NCBI GenBank assembly: GCA_965223115.1
Contig: OZ244982.1
Span: 378,577 to 442,576, forward strand
DNA: 64,000 nt
Direction of reading: 5' to 3'
Origin: Gammaproteobacteria bacterium
GTDB lineage: Bacteria > Pseudomonadota > Gammaproteobacteria > UBA4575
A model generated the notes under the pieces. It did not search any database. It worked only from the letters and a program-made list of their open reading frames with translations, and had not been told where the DNA came from. The position numbers and the translations under genes are program-made. Positions 19,105 to 30,467 of this stretch are shown in pieces (positions within the stretch are counted from its first letter, which is position 1; every line of letters begins with the position of its first letter).

Positions 19105-19962
19105 ATGTATCCATTAGAGCTCTTAAGGTTGTTTCCACCTTTTCCTAAAACAAACATGATATTTGTGGCTATGAGCTTTGACGATGAGTTCAAACCGCGT
19201 TGGGAAAATGTTTTAGAGCCAGCAGCAAAAGAGATAATTGTTAATGATGAAAAACTATTTTCACACAGAGTTGATTTATCTGATAAAAACGATGCAATTT
19301 TGACAGAAATTGTAAGAAACATTTCTGAATGTAAGTTGTTCATTGCTGATATATCAACAGTAGGGTATCTGCCAATTAATGCTACACAAAATAAGCCTAT
19401 TAGAAACTCAAATGTTTTGTATGAAATTGGTTTGGCTCATGCAAGTAGATTGCCAGAAGAAGTTATCTTGTTAAGGTCGGATGATGATCAATTAGATTTT
19501 GATATATCGGGTGTTAGAGTGCATAAGTACAATCCCAATAATGTTAAAGAGTCAATAGAGTTGGTTAAAAAACTAATTCTGAGTGCATTAAAGTCAATTG
19601 ATGATAGAAAACGGATTTCAGTTGAAAATACTTCGAAATTACTAGATGTCACGATGTACTATTTGCTTCATATAGCAATTCAAGATATTGCTCATCCTAC
19701 AGGTGATAACAGTGGTGGATTACTTAGAGCTGCCGATCATGTATTGGCTATAAATAGAATGCTAACTTTGGGGTTGTTAGAAACTAGCTTTAAAGAACTT
19801 ACACCGGAGAATGTTAATACTCACTTGAGTGATTCTGCGACGTACCGGATTACTCCATTTGGCAGGGCTGTCTTGAGTAGAGTTAGAGAGAAAAATAATT
19901 TTTCAGATGCTATCACTAAATTCCTAGAGTCAGATGAAGGTAGAAAAGTATTAGCTAAATAA
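19105..19962 (+). CDS. Orphan protein: N-terminal TIR-like (Cap12/PF10137-type) or nucleoside deoxyribosyltransferase-like Rossmannoid domain plus C-terminal helical/wHTH-like domain
   Basis: MIFVAMSFDDEF (strand 1), ..KLFIADIST.., ..IRNSNVLYEIGLAHASRLPEEVILL.. and ..LDFDISGVRVHKY follow the remembered order of motifs fAivLlTPDD / RARQNVifElGyf.g.LGr.rV..L / E.PSD..Gv.Y in TIR-like effector domains. The C-terminus (..LGLLETSF....ATYRITPFGRAVL) resembles a wHTH wing. The start could instead be ATG 19156. Confidence 0.45.
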   Translation: MYPLELLRLFPPFPKTNMIFVAMSFDDEFKPRWENVLEPAAKEIIVNDEKLFSHRVDLSDKNDAILTEIVRNISECKLFIADISTVGYLPINATQNKPIRNSNVLYEIGLAHASRLPEEVILLRSDDDQLDFDISGVRVHKYNPNNVKESIELVKKLILSALKSIDDRKRISVENTSKLLDVTMYYLLHIAIQDIAHPTGDNSGGLLRAADHVLAINRMLTLGLLETSFKELTPENVNTHLSDSATYRITPFGRAVLSRVREKNNFSDAITKFLESDEGRKVLAK

Positions 19963-20133
19963 CTAGTTGAAAGATTGGACAGTAAATCGGTTGATTAGAA
20001 ATCTTAGAAGCATGCTCGATATTCTGATTGAGTTAAAACGTCACAAAAGGGCACAAAAAGGCTCAAAGTTCCCCATAGTGTTTTAGATGAAAGTTGTTAG
20101 AATACAAATTCTTGCGCGATTCCAAGCGCAATT

Positions 20134-20178
20134 TTGACATGGTAGAGGTCAGCAGTTCGAATCTGCTCGTGCCTACCA
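20134..20178 (+). pseudogene. Displaced 3' half of a tRNA-Val(GAC) gene (anticodon loop to CCA)
   Basis: TTGACATGGTAGAGGTC is identical to 18684-18700. It is followed by a self-complementary but different T-arm (AGCAG-TTCGAAT-CTGCT) and CGTGCCTACCA. No matching 5' acceptor strand lies upstream. Confidence 0.75.
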
Positions 20179-20509
20179 ATAATGACTATTTATATTAATT
20201 AGTTTATAAAGACGCATTCTAAAAACATGTGGCCCTTGGTATAGGTCACCACTGGAGTAGAGCCCGCATATAACACCAGACCACCTCGATCAAATATGCT
20301 CCATGGATTAATATAGAAAACATGCAAGTTTTTACTGTAAACAATTTAATTTTCAACAAAGTTGTTCGGTTTTTGGCTGGATCTAATTTCTCTTGGCTTG
20401 CTTTTCCTTTTAGCCATAGCTACAGCTATGCCTATCAGTCCAAAGCATCGCAAAAAAAAATGATCTCTCACCCAAAATCCCGAACTCTGGTATTACATGC
20501 GGACTGAAC

Positions 20510-22423
20510 ATGCCGATTATTACCCTTCCTGATGGAACTCAAAAAGAATTTGCTCATCCGGTAACTATTCAACAAGTTGCAGAATCGATTGGTCCTGGGT
20601 TAGCCAAAGCCACAATTGCAGGCCGCATTAATGGTCAACTTGCAGATGCCTGTGTGGATATCACGGATGATGCCAATGTGGAAATTGTTACCAATAAAGA
20701 TCCGGATGGGGTCGATATTATTCGCCATTCTTTTGCACATTTAATGGGGCATGCCATTAAGCAGCTTTATCCCACTGCAAAAATGGCGATCGGTCCGGTA
20801 ATTGAAAATGGCTTTTATTACGATATTGAGTATGAACGCCCGTTTACGCCAGAAGATTTAGAAGCAATTGAAAAGCGCATGTCGGAATTGATTAAGCAAG
20901 ATTACGATGTGATTCGCGAAGTGGTCAGTCGTGAAAAAGCGGTAGATACCTTCAAAGATCGTCATGAAGACTATAAGGTGGAGATTGCTTCAGAAATTCC
21001 CGATGATGAAATTATTGCGCTGTATCATCATCAAGAATATACCGATATGTGTCGTGGGCCGCATGTACCCAACACGCGTCATTTACGAGCTTTTAAATTG
21101 ACTAAGCTTGCCGGAGCATATTGGCGCGGTGATTCCAATAATAAAATGTTGCAACGCATCTATGGCACAGCCTGGGCAGACAAAAAACAACTCAAAGCGT
21201 ATTTAACGCAACTTGAAGAAGCTGAAAAGCGTGATCATCGAAAACTTGGTAAGCAAATGGACTTGTTTCATTTTCAAGATGAGGCGCCAGGTATGGTGTT
21301 TTGGCATGATCGTGGCTTTACGCTTTATAAGATTATTGAAACCTACATACGCGATAAAATTCGTGCACACGGTTACCAGGAAGTATTAACGCCTCAAGTT
21401 TTAGATCGCAAACTTTGGGAGAAATCAGGTCACTGGGATAAATTTGGCGACATGATTTTTGCTACCCAATCTGAGAACCGGGAATATGCCATTAAACCCA
21501 TGAACTGCCCTGGGCATGTGCAAATCTATAATCAAGGTCTTAAAAGTTATCGTGATTTGCCGTTAAAACTTTCTGAGTTTGGTTTAGTGCATCGCAATGA
21601 ACCTTCGGGAACGTTACATGGTTTGATGCGTGGTCGACGATTTGTACAAGATGATGCTCATATCTTTTGTACGCGTGAGCAGCTGCAAAAAGAAGTGGCA
21701 GAGCTAATCAAACTAACTTTTGAGGTGTATAACGATTTTGGATTTAAAGAAATCGAGCTGGCATTATCTACTCGACCAGAGCAAAGAGTAGGTGAAGATA
21801 GTTTGTGGGATGAGGCCGAAGAGGCTTTGGCCATGGCATTTAAAAACCAAGGACTTGAATATAAGTTACAGCCTGGAGAAGGCGCTTTTTATGGACCGAA
21901 GATCGAATTTACTTTACGTGATAGTATCGGTAGGGCGTGGCAATGTGGCACCATACAAGTCGATTTCTCCATGCCGGGTCGTCTGGATGCCACCTATGTA
22001 GCTGAGGATGGCAGCCGGCAGGTGCCGGTGATGATTCACCGTGCCATTTTGGGTTCGCTCGAGCGTTTTATTGGGATTCTGATTGAAAACTATGCGGGTG
22101 ATTTGCCCTTTTGGCTGGCTCCGATACAGGCGGTTTTGCTCAATATTACCGATCGACAAGCAGAATATGTCGAATCTGTGCAAGAAACGCTTAAAAATCA
22201 AGGGTTCAGGGTCATTTCTGACTTGAGAAATGAGAAGATTGGCTTTAAGATTCGCGAGCACACGCTTGCCCATATACCTTATATGTTAGTGGCGGGCGAT
22301 CGTGAAGTCACCGCGAATCAGTTGGCCGTTCGTACGCGTAATGGTAAAGACCTAGGATCGATGGATGTGAGTGCTGTCACTCAAATGTTCATCGATGAAA
22401 GCGTGTGTCGCGGTCATCGTTGA
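20510..22423 (+). CDS. thrS: Threonine--tRNA ligase
   Basis: N-terminal TGS domain (MPIITLPDG...), HSFAH editing motif, class II core (FRNE-like [19 protein letters not shown]), and thrS-infC-rpmI-rplT synteny. Confidence 0.97.
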   Translation: MPIITLPDGTQKEFAHPVTIQQVAESIGPGLAKATIAGRINGQLADACVDITDDANVEIVTNKDPDGVDIIRHSFAHLMGHAIKQLYPTAKMAIGPVIENGFYYDIEYERPFTPEDLEAIEKRMSELIKQDYDVIREVVSREKAVDTFKDRHEDYKVEIASEIPDDEIIALYHHQEYTDMCRGPHVPNTRHLRAFKLTKLAGAYWRGDSNNKMLQRIYGTAWADKKQLKAYLTQLEEAEKRDHRKLGKQMDLFHFQDEAPGMVFWHDRGFTLYKIIETYIRDKIRAHGYQEVLTPQVLDRKLWEKSGHWDKFGDMIFATQSENREYAIKPMNCPGHVQIYNQGLKSYRDLPLKLSEFGLVHRNEPSGTLHGLMRGRRFVQDDAHIFCTREQLQKEVAELIKLTFEVYNDFGFKEIELALSTRPEQRVGEDSLWDEAEEALAMAFKNQGLEYKLQPGEGAFYGPKIEFTLRDSIGRAWQCGTIQVDFSMPGRLDATYVAEDGSRQVPVMIHRAILGSLERFIGILIENYAGDLPFWLAPIQAVLLNITDRQAEYVESVQETLKNQGFRVISDLRNEKIGFKIREHTLAHIPYMLVAGDREVTANQLAVRTRNGKDLGSMDVSAVTQMFIDESVCRGHR

Positions 22424-22467
22424 ATTACTTATTCGCAATTATGCGAATGCAATTCCGATGGGGAATT

Positions 22468-22500
22468 CTTAAAGGGGAGAATCGGGTTCTCCCCTTTAAG
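22468..22500 (+). terminator. Strong stem-loop after thrS (possible terminator, attenuator or processing site)
   Basis: CTTAAAGGGGAGAA-TCGGG-TTCTCCCCTTTAAG, a perfect 14-bp stem. Only a weak T-tract follows. Two smaller hairpins flank it (ATTCGCA-ATTA-TGCGAAT upstream, TCGCGATAA-TTTAT-TTATCGCGA downstream). Confidence 0.45.
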
Positions 22501-22560
22501 TTATTCGCGATAATTTATTTATCGCGAGTAAAATTAACAAATATTTTGGAGGAATAAGGT

Positions 22561-23082
22561 ATCAGCGCAGCGAAAGAGAATCGTTTAAATGAAGAAATAA
22601 CCGATCGCGAAGTTCGTTTGATCGGAATCGATGGAGAAAATGTTGGGGTAGTAGGGATTGATCAAGCCCAACAAATTGCATTTGATGCAGATCTTGATTT
22701 AGTAGAAATTGTTCCAAACGCCAATCCACCTGTATGTCGGGTGATGGATTATGGCAAGTTTAAATTTGAGCAAAGTAAAAAAGCTCAAGTTGCGCGAAAG
22801 AAACAAAAAACGATACATGTTAAAGAAATTAAATTTAGACCTGGAACTGAAGAAAGTGACTACCAGGTTAAACTAAAAAAGATAATTGAATTTTTAACAA
22901 GTAATAATAAAACCAAAGTAACGATTCGATTTAGAGGTCGTGAAATGATGCATCAGGAACTAGGTGGAAAGTTACTTGATCGAATTGAAGATGATTTAAA
23001 AGAATATGGTGAAGTAGAGCAAAGACCAAAACTTGAGGGAAGACAATTAGTAATGGTATTTGCCCCTTTGCGTAAAAAATAA
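22561..23082 (+). CDS. infC: Translation initiation factor IF-3, with a non-AUG (ATC) start
   Basis: Colinear with E. coli IF3 ([44 protein letters not shown]). The frame opens after TAA 22555-22557, and homology (..[15 protein letters not shown]) begins upstream of the first TTG/ATG. GGAGG at 22549-22553 is 7 nt before ATC 22561. Confidence 0.85.
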   Translation: MSAAKENRLNEEITDREVRLIGIDGENVGVVGIDQAQQIAFDADLDLVEIVPNANPPVCRVMDYGKFKFEQSKKAQVARKKQKTIHVKEIKFRPGTEESDYQVKLKKIIEFLTSNNKTKVTIRFRGREMMHQELGGKLLDRIEDDLKEYGEVEQRPKLEGRQLVMVFAPLRKK

Positions 23083-23096
23083 CTGGAAAATTAGTA

Positions 23097-23294
23097 ATGC
23101 CAAAATTAAAAACAAATAGAGGTGCAGCGAAGCGTTTTAAGAAAACTGCTAAAGGTGGTTTTAAACGTATCCAATCACATGGAAGACATATTCTTACTAA
23201 GAAGAGTACAAAACGAAAAAGACAGCTACGCGCTGGCGCCTTGATTGCAGAGTCTGATAATAAGAGTGTGAAGCAAATGCTTCCTTATGCGTAA
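23097..23294 (+). CDS. rpmI: 50S ribosomal protein L35
   Basis: [25 protein letters not shown]...H.LTKK..KRKR.LR is the L35 signature. Confidence 0.95.
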   Translation: MPKLKTNRGAAKRFKKTAKGGFKRIQSHGRHILTKKSTKRKRQLRAGALIAESDNKSVKQMLPYA

Positions 23295-23330
23295 GGCTAA
23301 ATAATAATTAAAGGAATTTGGAGAATTTAA

Positions 23331-23690
23331 ATGCCAAGAGTTAAACGATCAGTAGTTGCACATGCGAAACATAAAAAAGTGCGTGCCAAGGCAAAAGGCT
23401 ATTACGGCGCACGTAGGAATGTATATCGTGTTGCCAAACAGGCAGTTATTAAAGCGGGACAATATGCTTATCGTGACCGCCGTCAACGTAAGCGCCAATT
23501 TCGTTCCTTGTGGATTGTGCGCATCAATGCTGCTGCAAGACAATTTGGGCTCTCTTACAGTCGCTTAATTGATGGTTTGAATAAGGCCTCAGTTGAGATA
23601 GATCGTAAGGTATTGGCTGATTTAGCAGTAAATGATATCGATACTTTTGGCAAGCTTGCAGAAAGAGCAAAAGCAAGTTTGGCAAGTTAA
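23331..23690 (+). CDS. rplT: 50S ribosomal protein L20
   Basis: [17 protein letters not shown]...[41 protein letters not shown] is the L20 signature. Confidence 0.96.
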   Translation: MPRVKRSVVAHAKHKKVRAKAKGYYGARRNVYRVAKQAVIKAGQYAYRDRRQRKRQFRSLWIVRINAAARQFGLSYSRLIDGLNKASVEIDRKVLADLAVNDIDTFGKLAERAKASLAS

Positions 23691-23746
23691 TATTGATTTA
23701 AATGACTTGATTAGCGTTTATTTAAATAACTTACAGTTTTGAGTGT

Positions 23747-23779
23747 AAAAAGGGAAAGGCTATGCCTTTCCCTTTTTTT
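23747..23779 (+). terminator. Rho-independent terminator after rplT (upstream of pheS)
   Basis: AAAAAGGGAAAGGC-TAT-GCCTTTCCC followed by T7. Confidence 0.8.
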
Positions 23780-23799
23780 GTTAACAACATTTTTTCTAA

Positions 23800-24807
<1,008 letters not shown>

Positions 24808-24831
24808 GTGTAAAGAAAAAAGATATTAGTT

Positions 24832-27216
24832 ATGCAGATAAGTGAAAATTGGTTGCGAGAGTGGGTGAGTCCCGATGTGAGTACCCAACAACTGGCTGAT
24901 ACGTTAACCATGGCAGGCTTAGAGGTTGATTCAGTAGAACCTGCAGCGCCTGAGTTTAAAGGTGTGGTCGTTGCAAAAGTTCTGAAAGTAGAAAAACACC
25001 CTGATGCAAAAAAGTTGCATGTTTGTAATGTCGATGATGATAGTGGTGAAATCAGTAAAGTAATTTGTGGAGCTGCCAATGTGAGAGAAGGGCTTACTGT
25101 TGCTTTTGCTAAAGTAGGAGCGATTCTTCCAGGAAACTTTGTTATTGAAGCTAAAACCTTACGTGGAGTTGAATCATTTGGAATGCTGTGTTCAGCATCA
25201 GAATTAGGGCTTGCGGAGTCGTCACAAGGCATTATGGAATTACCTAATGATTGTGTACTCGGAACAGATTTATTTGATGCATTAAACTTAAATGATTCAG
25301 TTATCGACATCGATCTAACCCCTAACCGGTCTGATTGTTTAAGCATTCAAGGTGTTGCGCGTGAAGTGTCAGCACTTACGAGAGCAGCTATGAATATACC
25401 GATATCAATTGACGCTGTTAGTAGTGTTAGCGAAACCACTTTTCCTGTCTCCATCGAAGCAGAACAAGACTGTCCGCGTTACGTGGGTAGAGTTATAGAA
25501 GGAATATCAGGTACAGCACAAAGCCCGGTTTGGATGCAAGAAAAGCTTCGTCGTGCAGGTGTGCGTTCCATTAATGCGATCATTGATATCACAAATTATG
25601 TGATGATGGAGCTGGGACAACCCATGCATGCCTTTGATTTAAAAAAACTAGATGGAGGCATCATAGTACGATTTGCTGATGCAGATGAATCACTGGAATT
25701 GCTGGATGGGCAAGTTATAGAACTTGCTAGCGATGATTTAGTTATTGCCGATGCTAAGCAAGCTATTGCATTAGCCGGTGTTATGGGTGGAAATTCAACG
25801 GCAGTTGATGATCAAACTGTGAATATATTTTTAGAAAGTGCAACATTTAAGCCGGAAACCATTTCAGGCAAGGCAAGACGCTATGGGCTACACACAGATT
25901 CGTCGCATCGATTTGAACGCGGTGTCGATCCTGAATTAAGTCAACTTGCAATAGAGAGGGCAACGCAATTAGTTCTCGAATTTGCTGGAGGTACACCTGG
26001 GCCTACAATTTTAAAACAGAGTGACTCATTTGCTGTACAGCCAGCGGAAATTGTTTTAGAGCATAGTAAAGTTGAATCTTTGTTGGGTATAAAAATTTCA
26101 GTCACAGAAGTGCAAAGTTTACTAGAACGTTTGCATTGTAAAGTTCGATTAGAGGATGACACATTGTGTGTTTGGCCACCTAGCTTTCGGTTTGATTTGG
26201 CAATGGATGTGGATTTAATTGAAGAAGTTGCTCGTTTAGTCGGTTATGAGAATATTGCGGGTAAAGTAGCTGTTCCTTCTAGTGCTCAACCTAGTTCTAC
26301 GCAGTCGGATAAGCTCGCATTAATAAAGAGAAGCTTGGTTTCGTCTGGGTATCACGAAATTATTTCATTTAGTTTCGTCGATTCTGCAATCGAGTCTTTG
26401 CTCAACCCAAAACATGAGCCAAAAGTACTAGCCAACCCTATTTCTCAAGAGCTATCGGTGATGAGAAGTAGTATTTGGCCGGGTTTGATCAAAGCTGCGC
26501 AATATAATTTGAACCGTCAACAGAATCGAGTACGATTTTTTGAGCATGGATTGCAGTTTGTTCAGGCTGAGGATGAATTTAAACAACTTCCTGTCCTTGC
26601 GGGGTTGATCACTGGAACTTGTCATCCTATGCAGTGGTCAGATGAATCCAGAGATGTAGATTTTTATGATCTAAAAGGTGATGTGGAACAAGTTTTGGCT
26701 TTGGTATTGCAACATGGTTGTACATTAATGTTTAAAAGCATAGATGATTCTGCATTGCATCCAGGACAAGCAGCGCAAATCATTTGTGATGATAAAGTGA
26801 TTGGACGTTTGGGGAAATTACATCCACGAATTCAGTCCGATTTAGATATAGGTCAAGATCTGTTCTTATTTGAACTACAGTTAAACGATGTAGTTAAAGA
26901 AACATCTACAGTTGTTTTTCAAGCATTGTCAAAATACCCCTCCATCCGTCGGGATTTAACGTTGATTGTTGATGAAACAATCAATGCAGAAGAAATTTGC
27001 ACAAACATTGAGCAAATGGAAATAACATGTTTGCAAAACATCGAAATCTTTAGTGTTTATACTGGAAAAGGTGTGCAAGAAACAAAGAAAAGCATCTCTT
27101 TAGGCTTGATTTTACAAGAGTTTTCGCGCACCCTTACGGATAAAGAAATAGAACAAACAATCTCATTAATTATTTCTCAACTTGAAAATAAAGTTGGAGC
27201 GGAAATAAAAAGCTAA
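24832..27216 (+). CDS. pheT: Phenylalanine--tRNA ligase beta subunit
   Basis: [12 protein letters not shown] start, tRNA-binding (EMAP-like) domain, B3/4, B5 and FDX-ACB domains in the usual order, directly after pheS. Confidence 0.95.
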   Translation: MQISENWLREWVSPDVSTQQLADTLTMAGLEVDSVEPAAPEFKGVVVAKVLKVEKHPDAKKLHVCNVDDDSGEISKVICGAANVREGLTVAFAKVGAILPGNFVIEAKTLRGVESFGMLCSASELGLAESSQGIMELPNDCVLGTDLFDALNLNDSVIDIDLTPNRSDCLSIQGVAREVSALTRAAMNIPISIDAVSSVSETTFPVSIEAEQDCPRYVGRVIEGISGTAQSPVWMQEKLRRAGVRSINAIIDITNYVMMELGQPMHAFDLKKLDGGIIVRFADADESLELLDGQVIELASDDLVIADAKQAIALAGVMGGNSTAVDDQTVNIFLESATFKPETISGKARRYGLHTDSSHRFERGVDPELSQLAIERATQLVLEFAGGTPGPTILKQSDSFAVQPAEIVLEHSKVESLLGIKISVTEVQSLLERLHCKVRLEDDTLCVWPPSFRFDLAMDVDLIEEVARLVGYENIAGKVAVPSSAQPSSTQSDKLALIKRSLVSSGYHEIISFSFVDSAIESLLNPKHEPKVLANPISQELSVMRSSIWPGLIKAAQYNLNRQQNRVRFFEHGLQFVQAEDEFKQLPVLAGLITGTCHPMQWSDESRDVDFYDLKGDVEQVLALVLQHGCTLMFKSIDDSALHPGQAAQIICDDKVIGRLGKLHPRIQSDLDIGQDLFLFELQLNDVVKETSTVVFQALSKYPSIRRDLTLIVDETINAEEICTNIEQMEITCLQNIEIFSVYTGKGVQETKKSISLGLILQEFSRTLTDKEIEQTISLIISQLENKVGAEIKS

Positions 27217-27221
27217 GTGCA

Positions 27222-27524
27222 ATGGCGCTAACCAAAGCTGAAATGGCAGAAAATTTGTTTGAGGAGTTAGGCCTCAACAAACGTGAAGCAAAAGAATTAG
27301 TCGAAATATTCTTTGAGGAGGTTCGGCTCGCTTTGGAACAGGGTCATGAAGTAAAGTTATCAGGATTTGGTAATTTTATTTTGCGAGATAAAAATCAACG
27401 ACCTGGTCGCAATCCAAAAACAGGAGAAGAGATTCCTATTTCTGCAAGACGTGTAGTTACATTCCGACCTGGGCAAAAATTAAAGGCGAGAGTTGAGGCA
27501 TATGCTGGAAATCAACAACAATAA
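27222..27524 (+). CDS. ihfA: Integration host factor alpha subunit
   Basis: [72 protein letters not shown] matches IhfA. Confidence 0.96.
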   Translation: MALTKAEMAENLFEELGLNKREAKELVEIFFEEVRLALEQGHEVKLSGFGNFILRDKNQRPGRNPKTGEEIPISARRVVTFRPGQKLKARVEAYAGNQQQ

Positions 27525-27858
27525 CGAGTTACCGGCGATCCCTGGGAAGCGCTACTTTACTATTGGCGAAGTAAGCGAATTATGTGGGGTCAAGCCACAT
27601 GTATTGCGTTATTGGGAGCAAGAATTCCCATCTCTGAAGCCCGTGAAAAGACGTGGAAATCGTCGCTATTATCAGCGTCATGACGTCATTTTGATTCGCC
27701 AAATAAGGAGCCTTTTATATGAGCAAGGCTATACCATTGGTGGGGCCAGGCTTAAGCTTTCAGGGTCATCTGCAAAAGAAGACACAAACCAAAGCCAACA
27801 ACTGGTTCATCAAGTGCGAGTGGAACTTGAAGACTTATTACAAGTTTTGAAACGCTGA
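27493..27858 (+). CDS. MerR-family transcriptional regulator (conserved partner downstream of ihfA)
   Basis: [36 protein letters not shown]...DV is a MerR HTH. It overlaps the ihfA 3' end; ATG 27502 is an alternative start. Confidence 0.8.
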   Translation: MRHMLEINNNNELPAIPGKRYFTIGEVSELCGVKPHVLRYWEQEFPSLKPVKRRGNRRYYQRHDVILIRQIRSLLYEQGYTIGGARLKLSGSSAKEDTNQSQQLVHQVRVELEDLLQVLKR

Positions 27859-27902
27859 TCATTCACACTATAATTTCTTTAAATTCAATTTTTCCTTAAT
27901 AT

Positions 27903-27979
27903 CGGGGTGTAGCGCAGCCTGGTAGCGCACCGCAATGGGGTTGCGGTGGTCGGAGGTTCAAATCCTCTCACCCCGACCA
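27903..27979 (+). tRNA. tRNA-Pro (anticodon GGG)
   Basis: Manual fold: CGGGGTG/CACCCCG acceptor, GCGC..GCGC D-arm, CCGCA-ATGGGGT-TGCGG anticodon arm, GGAGG-TTCAAAT-CCTCT T-arm, encoded CCA. Confidence 0.9.
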
Positions 27980-28282
27980 ATGTTAGGAGCATCTTAGATT
28001 TTTACACCGTATGAGATAGAGGTAGACAGGTTGTGGCAGCGAGTTCTAAGTAAATAGTGTGCTAGTCTCTTCCCCGACCAATGTTAGGAGCATCTTAGAT
28101 TTTTACACCGTATGAGATAGAGGTAGACAGGTTGTGGCAGCGAGTTCTAAGTAAATAGTGTGCTAGTCTCTTCCCCGACCAATGTCAGGAGCATCTTAGA
28201 TTTTTACACCGTATAAGATAGAGGTAGACAGGTTGTGGCAGCGAGTTCTAAGTAAATAGTGTGTTTGTCTCTTCTTCGACCA
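27971..28282 (+). repeat. Tandem direct repeat, 3 full units of 101 bp plus a degenerate 4th start, each unit beginning with the last 9 nt of tRNA-Pro (CCCCGACCA)
   Basis: CCCCGACCA recurs at 27971, 28072 and 28173, and as CTTCGACCA at 28274. Units 1 and 2 look identical by eye, and unit 3 differs at a few positions. No ORF is present. Confidence 0.9.
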
Positions 28283-28540
28283 ATACTTATATTTTGCACT
28301 TTTCACTGTATAAATACGTGGAAAAGGTCGTATCTAGCGTAGTAGTTATTGGCTTTTGAGATCTTTATGTTAGATTGTGTAACGAATTAACTATAGGCTC
28401 GCACTTGCTGGATTTAGATTCTATACTTATGCCCAGTGAAATTTGGTCTTAAATATTTTTACTATTCCGTTGATAACATGCACAAATAAGCAGGCTATTT
28501 AGAGTCTATTGCTAAATCTTAATATCCTTAGAAACATACT

Positions 28541-29386
28541 ATGCCAGTTAATATTCATTTTGATTTAGAGCTGTTTTTGTTGATTGGCACAGTTCTAACG
28601 GGTCTTGTCTGGTTGGCGGACAAGTATTTTTTAGGTGATAAGCGCCGCAAACGTGCTTTGGAAAAATCATACAATGCTAGTCATGGTCAAGACAATGCTC
28701 GGGCTGCAACTAAAGAGTATAGAGACCCTTGGTTTATTGAAATCTCTAAGTCATTTTTCCCTATATTATTAATTGTACTAATATTGCGCTCATTCGTTGC
28801 AGAGCCTTTTCGAATTCCATCTGGCTCAATGATGCCTACATTACTGCATGGTGATTTTATCTTAGTAAATAAGTTTGCTTATGGGATCAGATTACCTGTT
28901 ATTCATACAAAAATCTTAGATACAGGTTCTCCACATCGCGGGGATGTGGCGGTTTTTCGTTTCCCAAAAGATCCTTCAGATGATTACATTAAGCGAGTAA
29001 TAGGGCTGCCTGGTGATCGTATTACTTATAAAAATAAGACACTGTTCATTAATGACAAACGTATCGCGCAACAAAAGAATGGGATCTATCATGGTGGTGG
29101 TTCAAATAGTGTAATGAATGGAGCGATTGTTTTACACGAAGATTTGGATACGGTTATACATGATATTTTATTAAAACAAACACGTTTTAATATTCCGGGA
29201 GAGTACGAAGTTCCTGCAAATCACTATTTTGTTATGGGAGATAATCGCGACCATAGCAGTGATAGTCGGATATGGGGGTTCGTACCAGAAGAAAATTTGG
29301 TGGGTCGTGCATTCTTGGTATGGATGAATGCAGATTTTGCAGGCAAAAACTATGAATTTAAACGGATCGGTAAGAAAATCATTTAG
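28541..29386 (+). CDS. lepB: Signal peptidase I
   Basis: S26 motifs: IPSGSMMPTL, GD.I.V.K, YIKRVIGLPGD, GDNRDHSSDSR.WGFV. Confidence 0.93.
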   Translation: MPVNIHFDLELFLLIGTVLTGLVWLADKYFLGDKRRKRALEKSYNASHGQDNARAATKEYRDPWFIEISKSFFPILLIVLILRSFVAEPFRIPSGSMMPTLLHGDFILVNKFAYGIRLPVIHTKILDTGSPHRGDVAVFRFPKDPSDDYIKRVIGLPGDRITYKNKTLFINDKRIAQQKNGIYHGGGSNSVMNGAIVLHEDLDTVIHDILLKQTRFNIPGEYEVPANHYFVMGDNRDHSSDSRIWGFVPEENLVGRAFLVWMNADFAGKNYEFKRIGKKII

Positions 29387-29400
29387 GGGTAGGTGATCAT

Positions 29401-29778
29401 ATGATGAATTTAAAAAAGCAGCGTGGTGCATCATTTGTATTTTGGGTTTTGTTTTTAGCTTTGATGGGGTTTTTGATTACCGTAGGTATCAAACTTTTCC
29501 CGGTTTACTATAAGGGTTTTGCATCTCAGAAGATTATTGAGGACCTTGCTTTAGAAATGGAAGGCAAAAGCCCTAATAAAAAGCAAATGTGGGATCTAAT
29601 TGATAAAAGACTTTACATCAATGGTATTTCTGGTATTACAAAAGAAAACCTTGTTTATAATAAAGTTAAAAAATCTTTAGAGTTTGGTGTGGATTACGAA
29701 ATCAGAGTACCGCTAATTGCTAATTTAGATGCAGTTGTAATGTTTGATCAACGCCAAACTATTAATATAAAAAAATAG
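29401..29778 (+). CDS. DUF4845-family small membrane-anchored protein
   Basis: N-terminal K.QRG.S...W.....L.GF......KL.P.YY pattern and the conserved lepB-x-rnc position. Confidence 0.65.
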   Translation: MMNLKKQRGASFVFWVLFLALMGFLITVGIKLFPVYYKGFASQKIIEDLALEMEGKSPNKKQMWDLIDKRLYINGISGITKENLVYNKVKKSLEFGVDYEIRVPLIANLDAVVMFDQRQTINIKK

Positions 29779-29786
29779 CCACTACA

Positions 29787-30467
29787 TTGAGTCTTGTTAA
29801 GCAACTAGGCGAACACTTCTTAGCTTCTGATTACTATCGTCAAGCACTTACCCATCGTAGTGTAGGTGCAAACAACAATGAACGACTGGAATACCTCGGT
29901 GATTCGTTATTAGGCTTTTTTGTTGCAGAATGGTTATTCAAGCATTACCCCGGCTATCCTGAAGGTGATCTCACTCGTTTGCGAGCGCATTTAGTAAGAA
30001 AAGAAACACTCGCAGAAATTGCCCGCGAGCAAAATTTAGGTGAGTTAATAAAATTAGGTGCAGGTGAACTTAAATCAGGTGGTGTTCATCGAGATTCAAT
30101 TTTAGCTGATGCGTTAGAGGCATTAATTGGTGCAATCTACTTGTCTGAAGGCCTCGATGTAGCAAAGAACTTCATATTAAAAGTATTTACTAAACGTTTA
30201 GAAGATATACCTACTGTTGAACAGCTGAAAGATGCAAAAACAAGGCTACAGGAATTACTGCAATCAAACGGGGTTGCTGTGCCAAAATATGTATTACAAG
30301 GAAAGGCAGGTAAGTCGGGTAATGAAATTTTCACTGTAGAATGTTTTGTTGAAAACTGTGATCTCAGTTTCCAAGGGACAGGGAAAAATCGACGCCGAGC
30401 GGAACAAGATGCTGCACAAAAGGCCTATGTATATATGGCAAATAAAAGCTCTGCTAATGATCAGTGA
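29787..30467 (+). CDS. rnc: Ribonuclease III
   Basis: ALTHRS.......NERLEYLGDS.LG signature plus a C-terminal dsRBD. TTG start. Confidence 0.93.
   Translation: MSLVKQLGEHFLASDYYRQALTHRSVGANNNERLEYLGDSLLGFFVAEWLFKHYPGYPEGDLTRLRAHLVRKETLAEIAREQNLGELIKLGAGELKSGGVHRDSILADALEALIGAIYLSEGLDVAKNFILKVFTKRLEDIPTVEQLKDAKTRLQELLQSNGVAVPKYVLQGKAGKSGNEIFTVECFVENCDLSFQGTGKNRRRAEQDAAQKAYVYMANKSSANDQ

Noticed and set aside
20322-20507. 61-aa ORF immediately upstream of thrS, and a CTGGTAT sequence (containing the Thr anticodon GGT) that might mimic the tRNA-Thr anticodon loop as in the E. coli thrS operator.
   Set aside because: The ORF has no SD or recognisable features and lies in the thrS leader. I could not find flanking complementary stems that would present CTGGTAT as an anticodon-like loop, so the operator mimic is unsupported.
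27971-28282. Possible CRISPR array, given regularly spaced repeats.
   Set aside because: The 101-bp units are directly contiguous with no unique spacers, there is no short palindromic repeat, and no cas genes are present. This is a tandem repeat, not a CRISPR array.
30346-30456. N-terminal extensions in the ORF track for era, and likewise for pdxJ (32004), tsf (48182), rnhB (63058), dapE (40916), lpxA (58870) and the DUF1611-like gene (38563).
   Set aside because: The extensions overlap the preceding gene and show no homology. Internal ATGs with SD sequences align with the N-termini of E. coli orthologues.
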